NCBI GenBank assembly: GCA_964016885.1
Contig: OZ024744.1
Coordinates: forward strand, 27,032,001-27,096,000
Source: Eledone cirrhosa
Lineage: Eukaryota
DNA length: 64,000 bases
Direction: 5' to 3'
A program made the translations under genes and the position numbers. Position 1 is the first letter of the stretch, and the number at the start of each line of letters is the position of its first letter. Under the pieces are notes generated by a model. That model was given only the letters and a program-made list of their open reading frames with translations. It was not told the DNA's origin and made no database searches. This document shows positions 37,101 through 49,549 of this stretch, one piece after another.

Positions 37101-38500
37101 CTAGGCATCTCAGTGCATCTGGTGGTAAGAAGGGAGGTAACCTTAGGGACAGGGACACCAGAAGACTCCACTGTTACGGCTAGGAATCTCAGTGCATGTG
37201 GTGGTAAGAGGGAGGTAACCTTAGGGACAGGGACACCAGAAGACTCCACTGTTACGGCTAGGAATCTCAGTGCATGTGGTGGTAAGAGGGAGGTAACCTT
37301 AGGGCCAGGGACACCAGAAGTCTCCACTGTTACGGCTAGGGATCTCAGTGCATGTGGTGGTAAAAAGGGAGGTAACCTCAGGGCCAGGGACACCCGAAGT
37401 CTCCACTGTTACGGCTAGGCATCTCAGTGCATGTGGTGGTAAAAAGGGAGGTAACCTTAGGGCCAAGGACACCAGAAGTCTCCACTCTTACGGCTAGGCA
37501 TGTCAGTGCATGTGGTGGTAAGGAGGGAGATAACCTTAGGGCCAAGGACACCAGAAGTCTCCACTCTTACGGCTAGGCATCTCAGTGCATGTGGTGGTAA
37601 GAAGGGAGGTAACCTTAGGGCCACGGACACCAGAAGTCTCCACTGTTACGGCTAGGCATCTCAGTGCATGTGGTGGTAAGGAGGGAGGTAACCTTAGGGC
37701 CAAGGACACCAGAAGTCTCCACTGTTACGGCTAGGCATCTCAGTGCATGTGGTGGTAAGGAGGGAGATAACCTTAGGGCCACGGACACCAGAAGTCTCCA
37801 CTGTTACGGCTAGGCATCTCAGTGCATGTGGTGGTAATAGGGAGGTAACCTTAGGGCCAGGGACACCCGAAGTCTCCACTGTTACGGCTAGGCATCTCAG
37901 TGCATGTGGTGGTAAAAAGGGAGGTAACCTTAGGGCCAAGGACACCAGAAGTCTCCACTCTTACGGCTAGGCATGTCAGTGCATGTGGTGGTAAGGAGGG
38001 AGATAACCTTAGGGCCAAGGACACCAGAAGTCTCCACTCTTACGGCTAGGCATCTCAGTGCATGTGGTGGTAAGAAGGGAGGTAACCTTAGGGCCACGGA
38101 CACCAGAAGTCTCCACTGTTACGGCTAGGCATCTCAGTGCATGTGGTGGTAAGGAGGGAGGTAACCTTAGGGCCAAGGACACCAGAAGTCTCCACTGTTA
38201 CGGTTAGGCATCTCAGTGCATGTGGTTGTAAGAAGGGAGGTAACCTTAGGGCCAGGGACACCAGAAGTCTCCACTGCTACGGCTAGGCATCTCAGTGCAT
38301 GTGGTGGTAAGAAGGAAGTAACCTTAGGGCCAGGGACACCAGAAGACTCCACTGCTACGGCTAGGCATCTCAGTGCATGTGGTGGTAAGAAGGGAGGTAA
38401 CCATAGGTCCAGGGACACCAGAAGTCTCCACTGCTACGGCTAGGCATCTCAGTTCATGTGGTGGTAAGAAAGGAGGTAACCTTAGGGCCAAGGACACCAG
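34130..38500. repeat. 29-monomer HOR (2289 bp), about two tandem copies
   Basis: AAGCTT lies at 34692 and 36981. ORF pairs 34282/36571, 34775/37064 and 35878/38167 are offset by 2289 = 29x79 - 2. Confidence 0.85.
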
Positions 38501-41500
38501 AAGTCTCCACTGTTACGGCTAGGCATCTCAGTGCATGTGGTGGTAAGAAGGGAGGTAACCTTAGGGCCAAGGACACCAGAAGTCTCCACTGTTACGGCTA
38601 GGCATCTCAGTGCATGTGGTGGTAAGAAGGGAGGTAACCTTAGGGCCAGGGACACCAGAAGTCTCCACTGTTACGGCTAGGCATCTCAGTGCATGTGGTG
38701 ATAAGAAGGGAGGGAACCTTAGGGTCAGGGACACCAGAAGTCTCCACTGTTACGGCTAGGCATCTCAGTGCATGTGGTGGTAAGAAGGGAGGTAACCTTA
38801 GGGCCAAGGACACCAGAAGTCTCCACTGTTACGGCTAGGCATCTCAGTGCATGTGGTGATAAGAAGGGAGGTAACCTTAGGGCCAGGGACAGCAGAAGTC
38901 ACCACTGCTACGGCTAGGCATCTCAGTGCATGTGGTGGTAAGAAGGGAGGTAACCTTAGGGCCAAGGACACCAGAAGTCTCCACTGCTACGGCTAGGCAT
39001 CTCAGTGCATGTGGTAGTAAGAAGGGAGGTAACCTTAGGGCCAGGGACAGCAGAAGTCTCCACTGCTACGGCTAGGCATATCAGTGCATGTGGTGGTAAG
39101 AAGGGAGGTAACCTTAGCGCCAGGGACACCAGAAGACTCCACTCTTACGGCTAGGCATCTCAGTGCATTTGGTGGTAAGAAGGGAGGTAACCTTAGGGCC
39201 AGGGACACCAGAAGTTTCCACTGTTACGGCTAGGCATCTCACTTCATGTGGTGGTAAGAAGGGAGGTAAAGCTTAGGGCCAAGGACACCAGAAGTCTCCA
39301 CTGCTACGGCTAGGCATCTCACTTCATGTGGTGGTAAGAAGGGAGGTAACCTTAGGGCCAAGGACACCAGAAGTCACCACTGCTACGGCTAGGCATCTCA
39401 GTGCATGTGGTGGTAAGAAGGGAGGTAACCTTAGGGACAGGGACACCAGAAGACTCCACTGTTACGGCTAGGAATCTCAGTGCATGTGGTGGTAAGAAGG
39501 GAGGTAACCTTAGGGCCAGGGACAGCAGAAGTCTCCACTGTTACGGCTAGGCATCTCATTTCATGTGGTGGTAAGAAGGGAGGTAACCTTAGGGCCAAGG
39601 ACACCAGAAGTCTCCACTGCCATCGCTAGGCATCTCAGTGCATGTGGTGGTAAGAAGGGAGGTAACCTTAGGTCCAAGGACACCAGAAGTCTCCACTGTT
39701 ACGGCTAGGCATCTCAGTGCATGTGGTGGTAAGAAGGGAGGTAACCTTAGGGCCAGGGACACCAGAAGACTCCACTGCTACGGCTAGGCATCTCAGTGCA
39801 TGTGGTGGTAAGAAGGGAGGTAACCTTAGGGCCAAGGACACCAGAAGTCTCCACTGTTACGGCTAGGCATGTCAGTGCATGTGGTGGTAAGAAGGGAGGG
39901 AACCTTAGGGCCAGGGACACCAGAAGTCCCCACTGTTACGGCTAGGCATCTCAGTGCATGTGGTGGTAAGAAGGGAGGTAACCTTAGGGCCTGGGACACC
40001 AGAAGTGTCCACTGATGCGGCTAGGCATCTCAGTGCATGTGGTGGTAAGAAAGGAGGTAACCTTAGGGCCAGGGACACCAGAAGTCTCCACAGCTACGGC
40101 TAGGCATCTCAGTGCATGTAGTGGTAAGAAGGGAGGTAAACTTAGGGCCAAGGACACCAGAAGTCTCCACTGCTACGGCTAGGCATCTCAGTGCATGTGG
40201 TGGTAAGAAGGGAAGGAACCTTAGGGCCAGGGACACCAGAAGTCTCCACTGTTACGGCTAGGCATCTCAGTGCATGTGGTGGTAAGAAGGGAGGTAACCT
40301 TAGGGCCAGGGACACCAGAAGTCTCCACTGTTACGGCCAGGCATCTCAGTGCATGTGGTGGTAAGAATGGGGGTAACCTTAGGGCCAAGGACACCAGAAG
40401 TCTCCACTGTTACGGCTAGGCATCTCAGTGCATGTGGTGGTAAGAAGGGAGGTAACCTTAGGGCCAAGGACACCAGAAGTCTCCACTGTTACGGCTAGGC
40501 ATCTCAGTGCAAATGGTGGTAAGAAGGGAGGTAACCTTAGGGCCAGGGACACCAGAAGACACCACTGTTACGGCTAGGCATCTCAGTGCATGTGGTGGTA
40601 AGAAGGGAGGTAACCTTAGGGACAGGGACACCAGAAGACTCCACTGTTACGGCTAGGAATCTCAGTGCATGTGGTGGTAAGAGGGAGGTAACCTTAGGGC
40701 CAGGGACACCAGAAGTCTCCACTGTTACGGCTAGGGATCTCAGTGCATGTGGTGGTAATAGGGAGGTAACCTTAGGGCCAGGGACACCCGAAGTCTCCAC
40801 TGTTACGGCTAGGCATCTCAGTGCATGTGGTGGTAAAAAGGGAGGTAACCTTAGGGCCAAGGACACCAGAAGTCTCCACTCTTACGGCTAGGCATGTCAG
40901 TGCATGTGGTGGTAAGGAGGGAGATAACCTTAGGGCCAAGGACACCAGAAGTCTCCACTCTTACGGCTAGGCATCTCAGTGCATGTGGTGGTAAGAAGGG
41001 AGGTAACCTTAGGGCCACGGACACCAGAAGTCTCCACTGTTACGGCTAGGCATCTCAGTGCATGTGGTGGTAAGGAGGGAGGTAACCTTAGGGCCAAGGA
41101 CACCAGAAGTCTCCACTGTTACGGCTAGGCATCTCAGTGCATGTGGTGGTAAGGAGGGAGATAACCTTAGGGCCACGGACACCAGAAGTCTCCACTGTTA
41201 CGGCTAGGCATCTCAGTGCATGTGGTGGTAAGGAGGGAGATAACCTTAGGGCCACGGACACCAGAAGTCTCCACTGTTACGGCTAGGCATCTCAGTGCAT
41301 GTGGTGGTAATAGGGAGGTAACCTTAGGGCCAGGGACACCCGAAGTCTCCACTGTTACGGCTAGGCATCTCAGTGCATGTGGTGGTAAAAAGGGAGGTAA
41401 CCTTAGGGCCAAGGACACCAGAAGTCTCCACTCTTACGGCTAGGCATGTCAGTGCATGTGGTGGTAAGGAGGGAGATAACCTTAGGGCCAAGGACACCAG

Positions 41501-44170
41501 AAGTCTCCACTCTTACGGCTAGGCATCTCAGTGCATGTGGTGGTAAGAAGGGAGGTAACCTTAGGGCCACGGACACCAGAAGTCTCCACTGTTACGGCTA
41601 GGCATCTCAGTGCATGTGGTGGTAAGGAGGGAGGTAACCTTAGGGCCAAGGACACCAGAAGTCTCCACTGTTACGGTTAGGCATCTCAGTGCATGTGGTT
41701 GTAAGAAGGGAGGTAACCTTAGGGCCAGGGACACCAGAAGTCTCCACTGCTACGGCTAGGCATCTCAGTGCATGTGGTGGTAAGAAGGAAGTAACCTTAG
41801 GGCCAGGGACACCAGAAGACTCCACTGCTACGGCTAGGCATCTCAGTGCATGTGGTGGTAAGAAGGGAGGTAACCATAGGTCCAGGGACACCAGAAGTCT
41901 CCACTGCTACGGCTAGGCATCTCAGTTCATGTGGTGGTAAGAAAGGAGGTAACCTTAGGGCCAAGGACACCAGAAGTCTCCACTGTTACGGCTAGGCATC
42001 TCAGTGCATGTGGTGGTAAGAAGGGAGGTAACCTTAGGGCCAAGGACACCAGAAGTCTCCACTGTTACGGCTAGGCATCTCAGTGCATGTGGTGGTAAGA
42101 AGGGAGGTAACCTTAGGGCCAGGGACACCAGAAGTCTCCACTGTTACGGCTAGGCATCTCAGTGCATGTGGTGATAAGAAGGGAGGGAACCTTAGGGTCA
42201 GGGACACCAGAAGTCTCCACTGTTACGGCTAGGCATCTCAGTGCATGTGGTGGTAAGAAGGGAGGTAACCTTAGGGCCAAGGACACCAGAAGTCTCCACT
42301 GTTACGGCTAGGCATCTCAGTGCATGTGGTGATAAGAAGGGAGGTAACCTTAGGGCCAGGGACAGCAGAAGTCACCACTGCTACGGCTAGGCATCTCAGT
42401 GCATGTGGTGGTAAGAAGGGAGGTAACCTTAGGGCCAAGGACACCAGAAGTCTCCACTGCTACGGCTAGGCATCTCAGTGCATGTGGTAGTAAGAAGGGA
42501 GGTAACCTTAGGGCCAGGGACAGCAGAAGTCTCCACTGCTACGGCTAGGCATATCAGTGCATGTGGTGGTAAGAAGGGAGGTAACCTTAGCGCCAGGGAC
42601 ACCAGAAGACTCCACTCTTACGGCTAGGCATCTCAGTGCATTTGCTGGTAAGAAGGGAGGTAACCTTAGGGCCAGGGACACCAGAAGTTTCCACTGTTAC
42701 GGCTAGGCATCTCACTTCATGTGGTGGTAAGAAGGGAGGTAAAGCTTAGGGCCAAGGACACCAGAAGTCTCCACTGCTACGGCTAGGCATCTCACTTCAT
42801 GTGGTGGTAAGAAGGGAGGTAACCTTAGGGCCAAGGACACCAGAAGTCACCACTGCTACGGCTAGGCATCTCAGTGCATGTGGTGGTAAGAAGGGAGGTA
42901 ACCTTAGGGACAGGGACACCAGAAGACTCCACTGTTACGGCTAGGAATCTCAGTGCATGTGGTGGTAAGAAGGGAGGTAACCTTAGGGCCAGGGACACCA
43001 GAAGTCTCCACTGTTACGGCTAGGCATCTCATTTCATGTGGTGGTAAGAAGGGAGGTAACCTTAGGGCCAAGGACACCAGAAGTCTCCACTGCCATCGCT
43101 AGGCATCTCAGTGCATGTGGTGGTAAGAAGGGAGGTAACCTTAGGTCCAAGGACACCAGAAGTCTCCACTGTTACGGCTAGGCATCTCAGTGCATGTGGT
43201 GGTAAGAAGGGAGGTAACCTTAGGGCCAGGGACACCAGAAGACTCCACTGCTACGGCTAGGCATCTCAGTGCATGTGGTGGTAAGAAGGGAGGTAACCTT
43301 AGGGCCAAGGACACCAGAAGTCTCCACTGTTACGGCTAGGCATGTCAGTGCATGTGGTGGTAAGAAGGGAGGGAACCTTAGGGCCAGGGACACCAGAAGT
43401 CCCCACTGTTACGTCTAGGCATCTCAGTGCATGTGGTGGTAAGAAGGGAGGTAACCTTAGGGCCTGGGACACCAGAAGTGTCCACTGATGCGGCTAGGCA
43501 TCTCAGTGCATGTGGTGGTAAGAAAGGAGGTAACCTTAGGGCCAGGGACACCAGAAGTCTCCACAGCTACGGCTAGGCATCTCAGTGCATGTAGTGGTAA
43601 GAAGGGAGGTAAACTTAGGGCCAAGGACACCAGAAGTCTCCACTGCTACGGCTAGGCATCTCAGTGCATGTGGTGGTAAGAAGGGAAGGAACCTTAGGGC
43701 CAGGGACACCAGAAGTCTCCACTGTTACGGCTAGGCATCTCAGTGCATGTGGTGGTAAGAAGGGAGGTAACCTTAGGGCCAGGGACACCAGAAGTCTCCA
43801 CTGTTACGGCCAGGCATCTCAGTGCATGTGGTGGTAAGAATGGGGGTAACCTTAGGGCCAAGGACACCAGAAGTCTCCACTGTTACGGCTAGGCATCTCA
43901 GTGCATGTGGTGGTAAGAAGGGAGGTAACCTTAGGGCCAAGGACACCAGAAGTTTCCACTGTTACGGCTAGGCATCTCAGTGCAAATGGTGGTAAGAAGG
44001 GAGGTAACCTTAGGGCCAGGGACACCAGAAGACACCACTGTTACGGCTAGGCATCTCAGTGCATGTGGTGGTAAGAAGGGAGGTAACCTTAGGGACAGGG
44101 ACACCAGAAGACTCCACTGTTACGGCTAGGAATCTCAGTGCATGTGGTGGTAAGAGGGAGGTAACCTTAG
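37700..44170. repeat. 44-monomer HOR (3473 bp), about two tandem copies, with a further rearranged copy at about 44.7-47.9 kb
   Basis: AAGCTT lies at 39269 and 42742. ORF pairs 37694/41167 and 40537/44010 are offset by 3473. Diagnostic variants CCATCGCTAGG, GTCCCCAC and GGGCCTGGG/CTGATGCGG recur. Confidence 0.87.
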
Positions 44171-47100
44171 GGCCAGGGACACCAGAAGTCTCCACAGCTA
44201 CGGCTAGGCATCTCAGTGCATGTAGTGGTAAGAAGGGAGGTAAACTTAGGGCCAAGGACACCAGAAGTCTCCACTGCTACGGCTAGGCATCTCAGTGCAT
44301 GTGGTGGTAAGAAGGGAAGGAACCTTAGGGCCAGGGACACCAGAAGTGTCCACTGATGCGGCTAGGCATCTCAGTGCATGTGGTGGTAAGAAAGGAGGTA
44401 ACCTTAGGGCCAGGGACACCAGAAGTCTCCACAGCTACGGCTAGGCATCTCAGTGCATGTGGTGGTAAGAAGGGAGGTAAACTTAGGGCCAAGGACACCA
44501 GAAGTCTCCACTGCTACGGCTAGGCATCTCAGTGCATGTGGTGGTAAGAAGGGAGGTAACCTTAGGGCCAGGGACACCAGAAGTCTCCACTGTTACGGCC
44601 AGGCATCTCAGTGCATGTGGTGGTAAGAAGGGGGGTAACCTTAGGGCCAAGGACACCAGAAGTCTCCACTGTTACGGCTAGGCATCTCAGTGCATGTGGT
44701 GGTAAGAAGGGAGGTAACCTTAGGGACAGGGACACCAGAAGACTCCACTGTTACGGCTAGGAATCTCAGTGCATGTGGTGGTAAGAGGGAGGTAACCTTA
44801 GGGCCAGGGACACCAGAAGTCTCCACTGTTACGGCTAGGGATCTCAGTGCATGTGGTGGTAATAGGGAGGTAACCTTAGGGCCAGGGACACCCGAAGTCT
44901 CCACTGTTACGGCTAGGCATCTCAGTGCATGTGGTGGTAAAAAGGGAGGTAACCTTAGGGCCAAGGACACCAGAAGTCTCCACTCTTACGGCTAGGCATG
45001 TCAGTGCATGTGGTGGTAAGGAGGGAGATAACCTTAGGGCCAAGGACACCAGAAGTCTCCACTCTAACGGCTAGGCATCTCAGTGCATGTGGTGGTAAGA
45101 AGGGAGGTAACCTTAGGGCCACGGACACCAGAAGTCTCCACTGTTACGGCTAGGCATCTCAGTGCATGTGGTGGTAAGGAGGGAGGTAACCTTAGGGCCA
45201 AGGACACCAGAAGTCTCCACTGTTACGGCTAGGCATCTCAGTGCATGTGGTGGTAAGGAGGGAGATAACCTTAGGGCCACGGACACCAGCAGTCTCCACT
45301 GTTACGGCTAGGCATCTCAGTGCATGTGGTGGTAAGGAGGGAGATAACCTTAGGGCCACGGACACCAGAAGTCTCCACTGTTACGGCTAGGCATCTCAGT
45401 GCATGTGGTGGTAATAGGGAGGTAACCTTAGGGCCAGGGACACCCGAAGTCTCCACTGTTACGGCTAGGCATCTCAGTGCATGTGGTGGTAAAAAGGGAG
45501 GTAACCTTAGGGCCAAGGACACCAGAAGTCTCCACTCTTACGGCTAGGCATGTCAGTGCATGTGGTGGTAAGGAGGGAGATAACCTTAGGGCCAAGGACA
45601 CCAGAAGTCTCCACTCTTACGGCTAGGCATCTCAGTGCATGTGGTGGTAAGAAGGAAGGTAACCTTAGGGCCACGGACACCAGAAGTCTCCACTGTTACG
45701 GCTAGGCATCTCAGTGCATGTGGTGGTAAGGAGGGAGGTAACCTTAGGGCCAAGGACACCAGAAGTCTCCACTGTTACGGTTAGGCATCTCAGTGCATGT
45801 GGTTGTAAGAAGGGAGGTAACCTTAGGGCCAGGGACACCAGAAGTCTCCACTGCTACGGCTAGGCATCTCAGTGCATGTGGTGGTAAGAAGGAAGTAACC
45901 TTAGGGCCAGGGACACCAGAAGACTCCACTGCTACGGCTAGGCATCTCAGTGCATGTGGTGGTAAGAAGGGAGGTAACCATAGGTCCAGGGACACCAGAA
46001 GTCTCCACTGCTACGGCTAGGCATCTCAGTTCATGTGCTGGTAAGAAAGGAGGTAACCTTAGGGCCAAGGACACCAGAAGTCTCCACTGTTACGGCTAGG
46101 CATCTCAGTGCATGTGGTGGTAAGAAGGGAGGTAACCTTAGGGCCAAGGACACCAGAAGTCTCCACTGTTACGGCTAGGCATCTCAGTGCATGTGGTGGT
46201 AAGAAGGGAGGTAACCTTAGGGCCGGGGACACCAGAAGTCTCCACTGTTACGGCTAGGCATCTCAGTGCATGTGGTGATAAGAAGGGAGGGAACCTTAGG
46301 GCCAAGGACACCAGAAGTCTCCACTGCTACGGCTAGGCATCTCAGTGCATGTGGTAGTAAGAAGGGAGGTAACCTTAGGGCCAGGGACAGCAGAAGTCTC
46401 CACTGCTACGGCTAGGCATATCAGTGCATGTGGTGGTAAGAAGGGAGGTAACCTTAGCGCCAGGGACACCAGAAGACTCCACTGTTACGGCTAGGCATCT
46501 CAGTGCATTTGGTGGTAAGAAGGGAGGTAACCTTAGGGCCAGGGACACCAGAAGTCTCCACTGTTACGGCTAGGCATCTCACTTCATGTGGTGGTAAGAA
46601 GGGAGGTAAAGCTTAGGGCCAAGGACACCAGAAGTCTCCACTGCTACGGCTAGGCATCTCACTTCATGTGGTGGTAAGAAGGGAGGTAACCTTAGGGCCA
46701 AGGACACCAGAAGTCACCACTGCTACGGCTAGGCATCTCAGTGCATGTGGTGGTAAGAAGGGAGGTAACATTAGGGACAGGGACACCAGAAGACTCCACT
46801 GTTACGGCTAGGAATCTCAGTGCATGTGGTGGTAAGAAGGGAGGTAACCTTAGGGCCAGGGACACCAGAAGTCTCCACTGTTACGGCTAGGCATCTCATT
46901 TCATGTGGTGGTAAGAAGGGAGGTAACCTTAGGGCCAAGGACACCAGAAGTCTCCACTGCCATCGCTAGGCATCTCAGTGCATGTGGTGGTAAGAAGGGA
47001 GGTAACCTTAGGTCCAAGGACACCAGAAGTCTCCACTGTTACGGCTACGCATCTCAGTGCATGTGGTGGTAAGAAGGGAGGTAACCTTAGGGCCAGGGAC

Positions 47101-49549
47101 ACCAGAAGACTCCACTGCTACGGCTAGGCATCTCAGTGCATGTGGTGGTAAGAAGGGAGGTAACCTTAGGGTCAAGGACACCAGAAGTCTCCACTGTTAC
47201 GGCTAGGCATGTCAGTGCATGTGGTGGTAAGAAGGGAGGGAACCTTAGGCCCAGGGACACCAGAAGTCCCCACTGTTACGGCTAGGCATCTCAGTGCATG
47301 TGGTGGTAAGAAGGGAGGTAACCTTAGGGCCTGGGACACCAGAAGTGTCCACTGATGCGGCTAGGCATCTCAGTGCATGTGGTGGTAAGAAAGGAGGTAA
47401 CCTTAGGGCCAGGGACACCAGAAGTCTCCACAGCTACGGCTAGGCATCTCAGTGCATGTGGTGGTAAGAAGGGAGGTAAACTTAGGGCCAAGGACACCAG
47501 AAGTCTCCACTGCTACGGCTAGGCATCTCAGTGCATGTGGTGGTAAGAAGGGAAGGAACCTTAGGGCCAGGGACACCAGAAGTCTCCACTGTTACGGCTA
47601 GGCATCTCAGTGCATGTGGTGGTAAGAAGGGAGGTAACCTTAGGGCCAGGGACACCAGAAGTCTCCACTGTTACGGCCAGGCATCTCAGTGCATGTGGTG
47701 GTAAGAAGGGGGGTAACCTTAGGGCCAAGGACACCAGAAGTCTCCACTGTTACGGCTAGGCATCTCAGTGCATGTGGTGGTAAGAAGGGAGGTAACCTTA
47801 GGGCCAAGGACACCAGAAGTCTCCACTGTTACGGCTAGGCATCTCAGTGCAAATGGTGGTAAGAAGGGAGGTAACCTTAGGGCCAGGGACACCAGAAGAC
47901 ACCACTGTTACGGCTAGGCATCTCAGTGCATGTGGTGGTAAGAAGGGAGGTAACCTTATGGCCAAGGACACCAGAAGTCTCCACTGTTAGGGCTAGGCAT
48001 CTCAGTGCATGTGGTGGTAAGAAGGGAGGTAACCTTCGGGCCAAGGACACCAGAAGTCTCCACTGTTACGGCTAGGCATCTCAGTGCATGTGGTGGTAAG
48101 AAGGGAGGTAACCTTAGGGCCAGGGACACCAGAAGACTCCACTGTTACGGCTAGGCATCTCAGTGCATGTGGTGGTAAGAAGGGAGGTAACCTTAGGGCC
48201 TAGGACACCAGAAGTCTCCACTGTTACGTCTAGGCATCTCAGTGCATGTGGTGGTAAGAAAGCAGGTAACCTTAGGGCCAGGGACACCAGAACTCTCCAC
48301 TGCTACGGCGAGGCATCTCAGTGCATGTGGTGGTAAGAAGGGAGGTAACCTTAGGGCCAGGGACTCCAGAAGTCTCCACTGTTACGGCTAGGCATGTCAG
48401 TGCATGTGGTGGTAAGAAAGGAGGTAACCTTAGGGCCAGGGACACCAGAAGTCTCCACTGCTACGCCTAGGCATCTCAGTGCATGTGGTGGTAAGAAGGG
48501 AGGTAACCTTAGGGCCAGGGACACCAGAAGTCTCCACTGTTACGGCTAGGCATCTCAGTGCATGTGGTGGTAAGAAGGGAGGTAACATTAGGGCCAGGGA
48601 CACCAGAAGATTCCACTGTTACGGCTAGGCATCTCAGTGCATGTGGTGGTAAGAGGGGAGGTAACCTTAGGGCCAGGGACACCAGAAGTCTCCACTGTTA
48701 CGGCTAGGCATGTCAGTGCATGTGGTGGTAAGAAAGGAGGTAACCTTAGGGCCAGGGACACCAGAAGTCTCCTCAGCTACGGCTAGGCATCTCAGTGCAT
48801 GTGGTGGTAAGAAGGGAGGTAAACTTAGGGCCAAGGACACCAGAAGTCTCCACTGCTACGGCTAGGCATCTCAGTGCATCTGGTGGTAAGAAGGGAGGTA
48901 ACCTTAGGGCCAGGGACACCAGAAGTCTACACTGTTACGGCTAGGCATGTCAGTGCATGTGGTGGTAAGGAGGGAGATAACCTTAGGGCCAAGGACACCA
49001 GAAGTCTCCACTGTTACGGCTAGGCATCTCAGTGCATGTGGTGGTAAGAAGGGAGGTAACCTTAGGGCCAGGGACACCAGAAGTCTCCACTGCTACGGCT
49101 AGGCATCTCAGTGCATGTGGTGGTAAGAAGGGAGGTAACCTTAGGGCCAGGGACACCAGAAGTCTCCAGTGTTACGGCTAGGCATCTCAGTGCATGTGGT
49201 GGTAAGAAGGGAGGTAACCTTAGGGCCAAGGACACCAGAAGTCACCACAGCTACGGCTAGGCATCTCAGTGCATGTGGTGGTAAGAAGGGAGGTAACCTT
49301 AAGGCCAAGGACACTAGAAGTCTCCACTGCTACGGCTAGGCATCTCAGTGCATGTGGTGGTAAGAAGGGAGGTAACCTTAGGGCCAAGGACACCAGAAGT
49401 CTCCACTGTTACGGCTAGGCATCTCAGTACATGTGGTGGTAAGAAGGGAAGGAACCTTAGGGCCAGGGACACCAGAAGTCTCCACTGTTACGGCTAGGCA
49501 TCTCAGTGCATGTGGTGGTAAGAAGGGAGGTAACCTAAGGGCCAGGGAC